A stretch of DNA of 64,000 nt from Utricularia gibba. Its lineage: Eukaryota > Plantae > Magnoliophyta. Shown here piece after piece: positions 38,421-52,340 of the stretch. The stretch is from NCBI GenBank assembly GCA_002189035.1, contig CM007989.1, positions 5,270,001 through 5,334,000 of the forward strand. Reading direction: 5' to 3'. The translations under genes and the position numbers were made by a program. The notes below the pieces were generated by a model. The model saw only the letters and a program-made list of their open reading frames with translations, was not told the origin of the DNA and did no database searches. Every line of letters begins with the position of its first letter. Position 1 is the stretch's first letter.

Positions 38421-40129
38421 ATGACAAACCAAAATGTGCTGGTTTCCGATGCACCATCAGGCATCAACGTGGCTATAACTATGGCTGTGGCTGGCTCTTC
38501 TCTCTTTCCAGGGGCGGCGCAAAAGCCTCCGGCGGTACCAGGAACTTACATCACCTTCCCAAATAAGAAGCTCCTTCTCCAGAATCTTGAAATCAATGGT
38601 AACAACAGGATTAATTCGTGGGTAGATTCAATGAGAGCTTCCTCACCAACACACATCAAATCTCCTCCTCTCTCCGACAACCATTCTGTAAGTGCAGCCC
38701 CATGCCTTTTTTATGTGCATGTGCTGAAACTGTTTCATGCTCACTGACATCATCAGTTGGGTTTCAATTTTTTCTCACTGGAAACTGGATCGCCAGCTTC
38801 TTCGTCCTTCTGCACTCGACATGTTCGACCAAATTACTAAAGCATCCAAGGGGAAGCAAATAGTCATGTTTCTTGACTACGATGGTACTCTTTCTCCAAT
38901 AGTTGATGATCCAGATCAAGCCTTCATGTCTGAAGCGGTTTGCGTTCTCTCTGCATCTGTTTCATACCTCTTTATCTTCATGTTCATCAATGGAGTAACC
39001 TTTTTTTTAATCTGTAGATGAGGGCAACTGTGAGGAAACTTGCTAGATACTTCCCTTCGGCAATAGTAAGTGGAAGATGCAGAGACAAGGTTTATAATTT
39101 TGTCCGTTTGGCAGAGCTGTACTATGCTGGAAGCCATGGGATGGACATAAAAGGGCCATCAAAAGGTTCCAAATATACCAAGGTGAATCTTGTGCACTTT
39201 CTTTCGGTTTTTACAGTGTATATATATAGATCATGCAAAAACTTAATTATAACTCTGTTTAACCAGGAAGCTGAAGGTGTTCTCTTCCAGCCTGCAAGTG
39301 AATATCTTCCCATGATCGATCAAGTGAACTCTCCTTCTTACTGATGCTTTTACCGCAGGAAACTTGTGTGTTTTCTAAAGAACAAACCTTGACAGGTGTA
39401 CAACGCTCTGTTGGAAATGGCGAAATCTGTTCCTGGAGCGAAGGTGGAGAACAATAAGTTCTGCCTCTCTGTTCACTTCCGGTGTGTGGATGAGAAGGTA
39501 AACAATAAATCTACATGATTATAGCCTTGCGATTACACAAATAAAGGGCTCTGGTTTGGATCACATGAAAATCAGAAATGGAATGAACTAGCTCTGCAAG
39601 TTGGATTACTGCTGGAGGAGTACCCAAGCCTCAGAGTCACACATGGGAGAAAGGTACGTTTTCTCCACCTCAAATACATGCTTCCCGGACTTGTACTTTT
39701 CGAATAAAATATTGTTCGTATTTTCTGGAGCAGGTGCTTGAAATCCGACCCACCATCAAATGGGACAAGGGCAAAGCTCTCGAGTTCCTCCTCGAATCTC
39801 TGGGTAAATTTCGGTTCTTGCCTCCATTGAAAACTGAAATTGGGAATTTACTGCTTTCCTTTTCCTGCTCAGGATACGCGAACAACGCCGACGTGTTCCC
39901 GATTTACATCGGCGACGATCGGACGGACGAGGATGCTTTTAAGGTTCTGCGAGAAAGGGGTCAAGGAATCGGAATCCTTGTGTCGAGAGTACCTAAGGAA
40001 ACGCACGCTTCGTATTCGCTGCAAGAGCCATCGGAGGTGATGGCTTTTCTCCGGCGGCTGGTGGAGTGGCGGCGGGTGTCGCAGATGAGAATGAGGAGAA
40101 TAGTCCACGAGAGTAAAGTGAGCTTGTGA
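38421..40129 (+). CDS. TPP: Trehalose-6-phosphate phosphatase (HAD family), 8 exons, 378 aa
   Basis: Exons 38421-38687, 38797-38937, 39018-39182, 39267-39323, 39396-39497, 39576-39653, 39734-39803, 39873-40129; all GT-AG, 1137 nt in frame. Motifs [78 protein letters not shown]. Confidence 0.97.
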
Positions 40130-42843
40130 TAATAAATAATAATAATAATAATAAAACAAAAACAAAAAGGTGTATGCTGCGCTATTTTCCCTGTTAGTAA
40201 AGCCCGGCTAATTGTGTACGGGCTAAACAGATGAATGGCTGAAATACCCCTACCCCCTATCCACTGTAGCTTTCCCCCTCGGTGGTGATGGCATGAGCGA
40301 GGGGTGGATTGTACTTTCAATAACTCATCTAGTTGTTTGGATATTCATTCCTCTATTGCATTGTCTGTCCTGGTGGCAGAAGTATTTAAAATAAACGCAG
40401 AAATGGTGAATAATAATTAATTAATAATAGTGGTTTATTAGTAAATTACATAATTTCCTTTGTGAAACAAAGTCCATGTGAAAGTCGATGGCGGGATTCA
40501 GGTGGGCCTTTCGAGTATCGTCGCCGATCCTAGATTCCCCCACGTGGCCAGAATCCCAATCAACGGCGCTGATTGCATCGGGAGAAACACACCAACTCCA
40601 AAATAATAATAAAGAGGAGTAATCATGGTGACAACACCCCGTGCCATGCTGAGTCAAAAGCGTGTTGGAATCCACCAGAGAAAGACAAAGGGATTCTTTA
40701 TTTTTTTTTCTTTCTTTAACTTGAACCATATATAAGAGGAACATTCCAACTCTTTGAATAGCATGGAAAAGTGGGTTCAATTATTGGTGGGCAATCAACC
40801 ATTGAAGGTCAGTTGTGGGTTACGAAAAGGATGCTTTGTTTGGTGGAAGATGGTCCCCATTCCCAGAGATAGTCGCCTCTTTTCATCTCCCTCCTCATAC
40901 ATTGAACCTTCTTCTTATTAGCGGATTCTGGAAGCACCGGTGGTAGAAAGGAAGTTCCAGAATTTTCCATTTTCTCGTGATTGCTTCTGGTGTTTACGGC
41001 GCACAGCACCATGAACAAAGCTTTTAGTGTATTTCTGCTGCACCACAGCTCACTCTACACGTTTTCAAGGGCGCCCATTAACCATTAACATAAGGAGGGA
41101 ATTTTCAAGGTTTAAAGTCTGTCACTGGAACCTCAACTTTTGTCCCAGTTGTCGTATCCTCGTGAACCCTTTTCCGATGGTAACCAGTCCTGCATCATTG
41201 GCCGAGCCCCCCGGTCATGTCCCTTTACTTCAGGAAAAATTACGAATATCTTTCCCTGCACATTGTACTCTATACAAATAAAGCACGAATTCTTATAAAA
41301 TACACATAGAACAGGGACATAGCTCTAGCATTACAGCATGAGCGTGATAAATGTTTGTGTCACGGGTTCAACATACATGGTTGTTCAGATTAGTTATAAA
41401 AATTTAGGTTGATACCATTAACGCTAACGGACACAGTATTTATTGTAAACTAGACATTTTTCTCTTTCAAGGTTGGATGCTTGTATCCAAGGGTTCAGGG
41501 ATGTCCTGTTTTATGGCCACTAAAAGAGTTCGATTTAGAATGCCATGCACGTACTCCCACATGATTTGTTACGCTCTCAGTCCATGTTGATGTATTTGTA
41601 TGCTGATCATGCATTCCGGCCAAATCTAGCTGCCAACACTAGGGTTTTCTAATATAAATACTTTCCATAGCTGAAATTTTCTCCATGTTATTTGAAAAGA
41701 ATAAATACTTTCCAAAGAATAATAAACAAGAAAATTAACTACGTTGAAAGAAGTAGGAGCAATGTTACCTATTGGTTTCGCCTCCCAGCCCTATCCATCC
41801 ATGTGTAGATTCAAAATGATAAGACAACAGTAGTTCAAGAACATCTCCTTGTCAGTCACTTCTTACTTCTCATAGATAGAATTCTTCACAGTGGACAATG
41901 ACAGGATGTGGCCACGTGAAAAGTGGTACTTGATGGGTTAGTCCTGGAACTGAGGTGCGCCCCATCGCCTCTTCAGATACATGCACCTTGAAAAGAATGC
42001 ATTCAGAGATCAAACGGAAGCCCTTTTTCCAGTATCGTGCGATGTGGTGGAGGTGACACCCGACTGTAAACAGGGTCACTTTGCTGGAAATTGAGTATTA
42101 AGGGAGCAACATGGGATGCACTAATCTCTGGTTCTGTGTCACTGTGTCCTGGGGTTGAGGTTTGGATGAAGTTCAAGATCCAATATGTCAAATACATACT
42201 CCCTTCCCATAATCTATTTTCATTTTACCTCAATGTCAAATACAAGTTTCAAGATGAAGCTTGCTTATTTCAATCAATCTCGAGCTTCATTGTCAACATG
42301 CACAAGGTTTGGTATTTCTAAGTCTTAGCCTCCTCCTCTTCCTCCTACTTTTTGTGTGCTTATTGTTTAGCATTCGCAACTTTGAATTCGGGCTCCTCTT
42401 CCCCGGATCAAGCATCTCTTCGGGAGTGCCACGTGGAGGACATGGGCATGTGAAAAGAAATGTATGTGGTACATAGGTTCTTTGTCAGAACAAGAATACA
42501 CACAGCGGGAAACCTTGTATGTGGGGGAGTGTGCCATCCGTCTGCCTGCCATTTATCGCTTCACATACATGCATCTGGATTTGAGGAAACGAACAAGAGG
42601 ACCGCAGAGAGGCATAAAAAAATGACACACTACCTACGTCTCTTCCTTTTTCTTGAGGCAAGGCCATGTTTATTACTGATATTGCAGTCTATGGAAACTC
42701 TTATGAAATAAAAAAAAACATTTTTTGTTTGTTTTAAAACATATATAATGAAAATTAACAAGTAGCTCTACTTTATTATGAAGTAGTTACTAATCAAGTA
42801 CGCCATGTTTGAAAATGTTAATTTGGTCTATATTTTATCTTAT

Positions 42844-43732
42844 TGATTCTGTGATTTTTGTGCATAAAATAATGATATAGAAAACTTTTTTTATTTAGCT
42901 AAACGATAAAGTTGAACTCAATCTCACAATTATCAATACTTAGGACTTCTCCTATATAAGAATTTTCTAAAGGAATTCTATTTAATTTTTAAAGATTCTA
43001 ATTTTAAACTATTATATACTAAAATCATAAATTCAGATTATACGATTAACTTTAGAAATTATTGAATTTATTGAATCTATAATTTAATGATTAAATAAGA
43101 AATTAATTAGAATAATTGTAATATTCACTTTTTATCTAATGATAATTGACTTTCTATGATTTCAAAACATGTTTTTAACCACTTTTAAAGCTTTTTTTAC
43201 CTACATTATACTCTAATATCTCATTCTTTCAATTGATTTTATATATTTTATACTAATTTGATCTTTTTGGACATATAGTACATTTTGTAAATTTTTAAAA
43301 CATTTTTTGGCCAATTTAAGAATAAATCAGAATTCAATAATTTATGGTTTCAGAAGACATGAATCTAAACTTCATAATAGAATAAAGAATAAAGATTTGA
43401 TCTAACATTCATGGATGAGATAAAGATTTGAAAATAATTTTTAAAAATTTAAATAAAAAATTTGGATAAAATATTTTATCCATCAATCAAGCCCTACATA
43501 AAATTCATATATCTTCTCCTATAAATACCTCATTTTATTAATTATTAGTGTATTGATCACTTTTTTCTTTTATTTTTTCATATCTTCTTTTATTTTCATT
43601 TAGAATCAAGCATGCGCATGTAAATGATTGCGACTGAAGATATGCAATGAAGTCTTACTTACACAATCTTTTGTACGTGTGACCGTTTTACAATGTTGTT
43701 TACCATTTAATGTGAGTTTTGATTTCGTTTTC
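42844..43732 (+). repeat. Family X repeat copy 2, 5' part (continues at 56396-~56985 after the CRM insertion)
   Basis: 43600-43732 matches family X (AATCAAGCATGCGCATG...TTTTGATTTCGTTTTC); the following family sequence resumes at 56396. Left boundary approximate. Confidence 0.6.
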
Positions 43733-46700
43733 TGATACGAACCGCCAAACAAGATGTGTTTGACAAACCAAATCTTGATTTACCAATTAAGTAATCCTTT
43801 AAAAAAAGAGGAAGCTGATTCTCAAGAAATATATATCCTTACAATCCAAATTATGGAAATAATATCATACTCACATAATAAGGAAGGAAATAAAAGTGAT
43901 GAAACACATTAGACATCACAAGCAAAATTTAATAAGTCCAAAGTTCTACAAGAATAAGAAGTTGGAGTATTGCTATCAAAACAAATTACAACCAGAATTC
44001 TTTCTAAAAAAAAGTAATGACCTTTTTATATAGGTAGAGTAATGAGCCTACTCAAAAAAAAAAAAAATTGAAGTAGTACACTAGGGAGTGATGGGACACA
44101 TTTATTCATGTTGCTCCACTTTGAATAAGTTGAACTTAATGCCCTAGGCTTCATTGCTTTTTTAATTGACCCATAATCCTTTCAGAAGTTCATGAATTTT
44201 TCATACTCTTGATCTAGTGATTATTCCAAGTGAAATTATGGTAAGATTGATGTTCTTCTTTTTTTCATCTTCATTGTCTTCATCTTTGACATTCATGATC
44301 TTATCATCCCTCCTTTCTTTAAGCAAATTCATTCTTGAAGCATCACCATCAAAGAATCAAATTAGTAATATTGAATGTAGAATGAAGAGAAAACTCTCTT
44401 CTTGTATTTGTTTGCATTTGCAGCATACTCCTTATTTTTGGCTTAAAGTTGGTTTCGAACCTTTTAATGAAGTGTTCTGATGGCATGCGCTCTCTTAGTA
44501 CCATCTAAGAAACGAAATTCATCAGATGGCAATGACAACAACTTTATAGGAGCACAAAGATTAAATCCATACACAATTTCAAAAGAAGAGCAATGGATAG
44601 AAGAATGTACTAGTCGATGTCCAGCGTCATAGTGACTCCAAAATGTCACATAAGTCCTCCACCATGAGCCTACTTCACCATGAGCCTACTTCACCAAGAA
44701 CTCTCAAATGGAACATTTTGGGATGCATAACTTGTTTTTTTTTTTTTTTGAAAAAGAAATCATCTTGCCTATAATAAGTTTCATGAGATATAAATTCACA
44801 AGAACGATATACATCTTTCAAAACATGATCAATAGTATAAAACTCTTTTATCATTCAAAACCCAGAATTTAAACATCAAGAATAGCCAAAAGTATATACC
44901 TTTGGGATAATCAGCAATAATGTTCTCTTTACCTTTCTTATATTTGATGACGAGTGGAAATATATCAATGAGTTCCACTCATCTTGCATGCCTTTTATTG
45001 AGGTTTTCACCCAGCTTTTCAATGAAATATGCAATGGGTCGTCCTCTTTGCATTAAAACAGCACATAATCCAATTCAAAAGCATCACATTCAATTTCAAA
45101 TGTTTTCGAAAAATCAAGTAATGCAAGTAAAGTGACTGAGTTTTGCTTATCCCTGAGTTGCATAATGCAAACTTTTGTACTTCTCCCCAACAAAATTGAA
45201 CATTCTTATTGATAAACTCACTCAATGATGCAGCAATGTGCTGAAATCCTTCATAAAGTGATGTTAGAAACTAATCAATCCATGGAAACTGTGTACTTCT
45301 CCAATCATGGTCGGAGTTGGCCAGTCCTTAATTGATTTTACAATTTGTTCAACTACTAAAATTCCTGCATCACTCACAATGTACCTAAGGAAAGAGATTT
45401 TTTTTTATGCAAAATTCGCATTTTTTTATGTTAGCATATATATTCCCTTAAAGACAAGCAGCACTTCACGTAAATGACCTGTATGTTCTTCAGATGTTTT
45501 ACTATACACAAGAATATCATCAATATAAACAATAACAAATTAACCCAAAAATGGATGCAATACATGATTCATCAATTTCATAAAAGTACTAGGTGCATTA
45601 GTCAATCTAAAAGCATAACCAACCATTAATATAAATTAAAATTAGTTCTGAAATCAACCTTCCATTCATCTCCCTTTCTCATCCTAGTTTGATGATATCC
45701 ATTACTCAAATCAATGTTAGAGATAATGCATGATCCATATAATTCATATAGCATATCATCAACCCTAGGTATAGGATACCTACACTTCATTGTTATTTGG
45801 TTGATAGCCAAACAATTTGTGCACATCCTCCATATTCCATCATGTTTTGGCACCAATAACATTGGAATGGAGCATGGACTAACACTTTTTCTCCCCAAGC
45901 CCTTTGCCATGAGTTCCTCCACTTAGTATTGTATTTTGGTTTGTTCTGGATTCCCCCTATAAGCAACATAGTTTGGGATTTGAGAACTTGGCACAAAGGC
46001 TATTTGATGTTCTATTCCTTGGTCTTGTGGTAATTCAAGCAGATCTTCAAAGAAAACATCAATGAAATCCTTTAAAACAAGTTTAATACATGTAGAAAGA
46101 TCTTGTTGTATGTTAGAGTTGTGTGCCATAGGTTCTTTAAACATGAGCAAGAGAAATGGATTTATGGCATACAACACAATTTTCACATCACTTATTCTTA
46201 CAATGAAGCACTCCATTGATTTTTTCTCACTACTTTCCTCATTCACCCCCTTCTTTTCACTCTCATTTTTTGAAGTCCTTTTTTTCTCTCGAGTTTTCTC
46301 TCATACTCTCATCCCTCAACTCACCAAAAGACTTGATAGCATCAATCTTCAATTGATCTTCATGAACCTCTTTAGAAGATAAAGTGATGTGACCCTTCAA
46401 ACAAGAAGTGTTTGGGAAACTAGATTTGGGTTTTTAGTGAAGCAATTCTTCAAGAAAATAATGAAGTTGGCTCTCATGAAATAAGTATCCTTGCAACCCA
46501 AATTACGCACAAACTTGAAACATTTCCCATACTAAAGATAATCTGGTTTCTTGTCTTTGTTTTCAGCAATATTCCATGTAGAAGAACTTTTGGAATGTTT
46601 GGAATGTTTTCTATGGAGTCCCTTACACATCAGTTGTTTTTCAATCTTGATTGTAACGTGCAATATGTCTTCAATCTTCACATAGTGTTGCAATTTCTCT

Positions 46701-47808
46701 ATCTTCTATTATATTGGCTCCAATAATCATCACTTCAATTTCTTATCAATATTCTTCCATAGTTCTATTTCCTTGTGTGATCTTCTACAAGTTCTAGTAT
46801 AGATCTCTTTGGTAGTGACTTGGAATGAATATCTTCCTCATGATCGTCTTCATCTCAGTTGAAGTGTGAATTGGTTCCTCATCATTCTATCTTCTATTGA
46901 GTACTATCTTGTCCCATCAATTGATGGCACAATCCATATACTCAACAATAACAAACTTATTCTTCTTGTAATCAAACTAGTTGTGGGAATCAAAGATGTG
47001 CTCCACACAAGTCTCTTATTCCAACTAGGCATTTGGATCATTTTTGTCTTCAGGAGGTATTTTCATCTTGATGTTATCAAATTCTTTATGATCACTTGTC
47101 TACCCTCCTCTTGGTCATTCATCATTTCTTCTGCATCGAGTTGACTTCCAATTTTTTTGAAATCATCGTTCCATATCATCCCCAGTGGAGGAATCATACC
47201 CAGCATCATTTGATTTGTCATTTCTCCTATGTTCACCATATCTGGATTTGTTTTAAATAAAATGAAATTGGTCAAGACATCATTGAAATGGTTGTAGATA
47301 AAGATTGCTTATGACAATGAAAAAATATAATGCAACTAACAATAAGACTAAAAAAAGGATTGCTTATTGAAATATATAAAAGGATGATCCCTTCAAATTA
47401 GAAAAAACGATTGGTTCTAACTAGAAAAAATACCTATGCTTCTGAAAATTAAGAATGAAATCAGCTTTTTTTTTAAAGTAGAAAAGTGAACGGATTCAGG
47501 TTCCTAGCATTCTTTCTTCCTTCGGCATGTTTTTTTTTGTGGCAAGAAGAAATAGTAGAATGCAAGAAGTGAAAATAAGGAACCTCTTTGGTTTTGATTT
47601 CAACAACATCAAAGATAAGATTTTCAAAATAGAAGGATTTCATTATTTTATTTTTTTGGATAGAAAACACAAGACAAATAGATAAGAAATGAAACACAGA
47701 AATATTGGCTTTGATATCACCTGCTGCAATCTGTCCAACAAGAAGTGTTTGGTAAACTAGATCTTGGGTTACCAATGAAGTAATCGTTCAAGAAAAAAAG
47801 AACTTGCC

Positions 47809-48902
47809 TGATAAAAGATTTTGTGTCACTAATGTTTGTGCTTTGTATTACTCTAGTAGATTGCTTTTGCATCTCTTTTATTTCACTTTTCTTATGTTAT
47901 TAGATGAATTTCATATCTTTCATATCACATTAATCTTTTTAGAAGGATAGTGTGTTTTGTTATTTTTTAAGATAATTTTGACCTACTTAGAAGAAATTCA
48001 ATCTAACTTTCGTGTAGGCAAAGATTTGATCTATTTGAATGAAGACATGATCAAATCTTATCTTAGATGATCTGGATCTTATTCTAGGAGATTCTCATCT
48101 TTATTACAAGATTTTGATAGAAGATTTGATACAAGCATATCAAAAATGCCCAACGAATCTCCACCCTTATATATAGGCATGAGCATCAAGCTTTGGAGGG
48201 AACCAAAGTCTTTAAGTTAATCTAGGAGTTTAGAGTTGAGCCTTGCACCTTTGGATTCATTCCATGTCATTTTTCATCATTTCTTGTGTGTTAGCATTGA
48301 GCACGCATGTGTAGGTGAAGTATTGCTTGTGCAAGTCATGCCTGTGTGACTTTTTTACCATGTTATTTGACGTTTAATATAAGGTTTGATTATGTTTTTC
48401 GCAATGTTTTCATTATCAACATGTTCTTTTGTACCACATAACCATAAGAAAGTATGGGAAAATTTTGGATTGGCTTCAAGTACCTAAGGAGAGGTTTCAT
48501 TCGCACATCATTGGTGAGCCACATTCGGTTTGATCTATCTATGAGATGCGAGGTGTAAGGGTTAGAATTAAGTATGGGTAAAACATAGGTTATTACAAGA
48601 GGTGAAATAGCTCGAGTGGCGTGGTTGAATCTATAACCATACTAAACGAGGGACGGTGCTATAATGATTACCGAATGACACTATTTTAAAATAACACTCT
48701 CCCAAAACTTGCGCAAGCATATGACACATGGGGGAGTTTTAGCAAGGTGGATCCTAGATCACTTTTCATATTGTTTTTAAAACCAGTTTTTGTTTTTTTA
48801 GATCATTTTTAAGTCATTGTTTGAAGAAAATTCCAATAGCAATTTCTTATGAAAATGATCTTATTTTATCATTTTGACGGTTTCTGTACACTTGCATAAT
48901 CA
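47809..48902 (+). repeat. Family X repeat copy 3, nested in the CRM 5' LTR
   Basis: Starts TGATAAAAGATTTTGTGTC and ends TTGCATAATCA; collinear with copy 1. Confidence 0.75.
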
Positions 48903-50289
48903 CGACCATTGGTCCTCAAGCAATGGATAACTATCATGGCCCATACCTAGGGCCCAAGAGGCATGAGTCATGACTGCCAAGTCCATTCCATCAATAGGAC
49001 TTTAAGGCAGCCTTACTCTTCTATTTTACACAGAGAACAACTTAAAGTCGATATACATAAATATTGTCACATTACTAGCCTAACATGCAAAGGAACTACA
49101 ACCAGTTTGCACAACCACACTCCTACTTTGGTTGGCCGCATGGCCTTCAGCTATTCCCCTCCACACCTTGAATAAGTTTAAAACATGAAGATTTCATACT
49201 ACTGTAAGTCGGTAAAACATGCACATGAATGAATAAAATAAAGAGGGTTTTGAGAATAGAATCTTAAGAACAAAACATAACCATATTGTGAGTCAGATAA
49301 CCTATCTTTATCCCAATCCCTTGACCTTTTGGCTCAAACATCACCTCCAGTTTCTTAAAAAGTGGGTCATGTATTGTGTAAGTTCATTAGTAGTGATTAA
49401 AAGAACCACCAACTAACTGCCACCTTTAAACTCAGACCATAACATGCATACAACATGTTTCCTGGTCTTTCCTAGTTGGCTTATCCCATAAGAATGCCTC
49501 AAACATGTCTCACGTAATTAGCCTTGAATGTGTGGGTCCACAACCCATGCCATTTTCTAAGATGTGGTTATATAGTACATAAAAAAAGAACTTTGAATGT
49601 TTCGTACACTTCTTCTATACGAATCATATAAAAAGAGTAAAACTTATTTGGAAAACAACAAACAAAAGCACTAAATCCTTAAATGAAATTATTAAAGCTA
49701 ATTCAAAAGGATTTTAGGGACTTTACATGGATTTTCGAAAGAACATGCTCTATTTGATTTTTCAAAACGAAGAAGAAAGATGAATTTACAAAAAAGGAAG
49801 AATACCCTTTCAAAATAAAAGAAAAATACTTAAGAGCATAATCACATTTTATTTTAGAGAAACATGCTTCTTATAAAAAACGATAGCATTCATCCCACTT
49901 ACCTCATTCTATTATTGCGTAACACCCCTTTCTTTCGTCTAAAACCATGTAACCTCCCTTACTTTCCTTCTGCATCATCTACTTCCATTGCTCTACAACT
50001 TTGCTTCTTAAGATCTCCCAAAATACTTTCATCACCAATATTTAAAACACAACATGAGTCAACATCCCCCTATCCTATGGATACCATATGGTTTTGCCTC
50101 TAAATAGCACTTGCAATACTCCCTTTGGTGGCTTTTAATAACCCCCATGCTGGTGTTGTTTTTGTCCTATGTGATACTTTATGTAAACCATGATCATTTA
50201 GAGCACAATTTGCATAATTGTACACAACATATCCCTTACCCCTCTAGTGGGCAAATGAGTTCAAGAGATAGCCGACTATAACAATATTC

Positions 50290-50951
50290 TTGTAACTTAA
50301 CTTATGGAAATGGTGCAACATTCATAGCACAAGGAAGGATTTGCAATAAGTTTGCTATCCAGGTTCACATCTAAACTCCATCAAAATCATTTTGAGAGTG
50401 CTCTAAAATTTTGAAATATATTCGAAGCACTATAAACTATGGTTTGATACTTCAAAAAGTATACCAACATCGCATTCAAGTGTTATGTTGATAGCGATTT
50501 CGCAGGAGATACTACAGACTTCACAAGTGGATGCTTGTTTATGCTAGGTGACATCAAAATCGCTTGGAATAGTAAAAACTAGGAGGTCATCACACAATCT
50601 TCGTCATAAACAGAGTAGATGGGCGTTGCTGCTACTGCTGCTGCAAATCATGTAATATGGCTACAAAGGATCCTATCATACTTAAAAAATGATATTAATA
50701 TGCCTACATCATTGATTATTGATAATAAGTTAGCAATTAATATGGAGAAGAACTCAATTCAATTCAGAAGAAGGAAGCATATTCATATCAAGTTCCATGT
50801 CCTTCAAAAATACATCAAGAATTGTCAGATTCAGTTTCAGTATAGAAAGCAAATACATCAAATCACAGATTTGATGGCCAAGCTTCTCTATCCAAAGCAA
50901 TTCTGCCAACTCCGAGTTCCAATGGGTCTAAAGGAAAATTCCACCCTATAG
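50290..50951 (+). mobile_element. Degenerate Copia RT/RNase H fragment
   Basis: YVDSDFAGD-like motif (~50485-50510), then AANHVIWLQRIL..IDNKLAI..KHIHIKFHVLQ..ITDLMAK (ORF 50619-50951). Confidence 0.85.
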
Positions 50952-51820
50952 AAAAACTCAGAGAGGACAAACTTACCTCATCATGGGGTGTGTTAATTAT
51001 TGATGAGACAACTCCGATCAATTTGCTCAAACCTAAAACAAGTGCTGAGATTTTTCTGGATTTACCCATGTGAGAGGAAGATTATGAAGAATGAGGAGTC
51101 TAAAACAAAGTACAACAAAACATATTATGTCATTTATCAGACAATTAGTTACTCATCTAATGTAATGAAGCCCAAATGAGGGAAGTCCAAACCGTAGCCA
51201 ACACTAACTTCCACACCAACAGTCAATTTTGTGTCCAACGGCTACTAAATCCAAACACTATAATTACATAAGTGTACACAAATAATGTAATATTTGCAAT
51301 ATACAATTTTAAATTCTCAAACTCCAAATTCCAAGATAGTGAGCTACAAAGTCTTCAATCTCATCACATTTTTACCACTCTCAATGATATTGTATAAGGC
51401 AAATGCTTATAATTTATTACTTCAAAGTTAGGCATAGCATGTTTTAGGGACATTATGTCTCATAAGATAGGATTGAGTTCAACCTTATTCAGACCATCCT
51501 CAAAATCCAACCTTCTAGAATTGATGAGAGGTGTACGTCCTCATGGGATGTCATCATGCCATAAACTAGTTCAATGGGATGAATCATGTCAAACAAAATA
51601 TGCCAAAAACTATCACCATAAGAAAAGCTTGATACTAAAGTTCTATAAAAAGAAAAAGGTGGCAACATTGCCTTCAAAACATATTACAACCATAATTGTC
51701 ACTAAAAAAGAGTGAGTCTCTTTTTATATAGGTACCAAAATGAGTCTACTCAAAAAAAAAAAAAAAGTAGAAATAGTACCCTAAGGAGTGATGGGCCATT
51801 TTTTATGAACCCCAGCAAGA

Positions 51821-52340
51821 TGATGAAGATCATTTGAAAAATGATAAGGATGTTGCACAAGTGAATGCTTTGGATAGTAAGATCGTTTCACATGGACCAA
51901 TTATAAGAAGTAAGAGGAAGGAGATTGAAGCTACATTTAAGTTTTTACTTGAAACTTTTGGAATCAAACATGAGCTGGAAGTTTTGCTACCAAATGAGTT
52001 CCAATACTGGAAAGTAAATCTACCTTAGAAACCAAAATGTGTCTTCCTTCTTTATGTGTGTTATTGGAATTCATGGGCCTTTCTTTTTGGGGATAGTAAT
52101 GTTAGTACCCAATTGTCGAGTATAAATATTGTAGAAATGTACTCTTTTGAGAACTTTTACCTTATTCTATAATTCTTGTGAGGAATCTCCTCTTTTTTGA
52201 ATGTTTGAACATTCTTGACTTATCAAGTTTTTGAGCTTGTGGTATTCAAAAATTATTACTTCCGATTCTTTCTCATTTTGAAGTGTGGATCATAATTTCT
52301 GCTTTCTTTCATAGTATGGTTGTGAGACATTCATTCTCTT
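51821..52340 (+). mobile_element. CRM-type LTR fragment in opposite orientation to its host element
   Basis: Starts TGATGAAGATC and encodes GPIIRSKRKEI (CR motif); 3' end unresolved. Confidence 0.6.

Noticed and set aside
40130-42720. miRNA precursor
   Set aside because: I saw no match to conserved plant miRNA families and no clear hairpin by eye; a folding scan was not possible.
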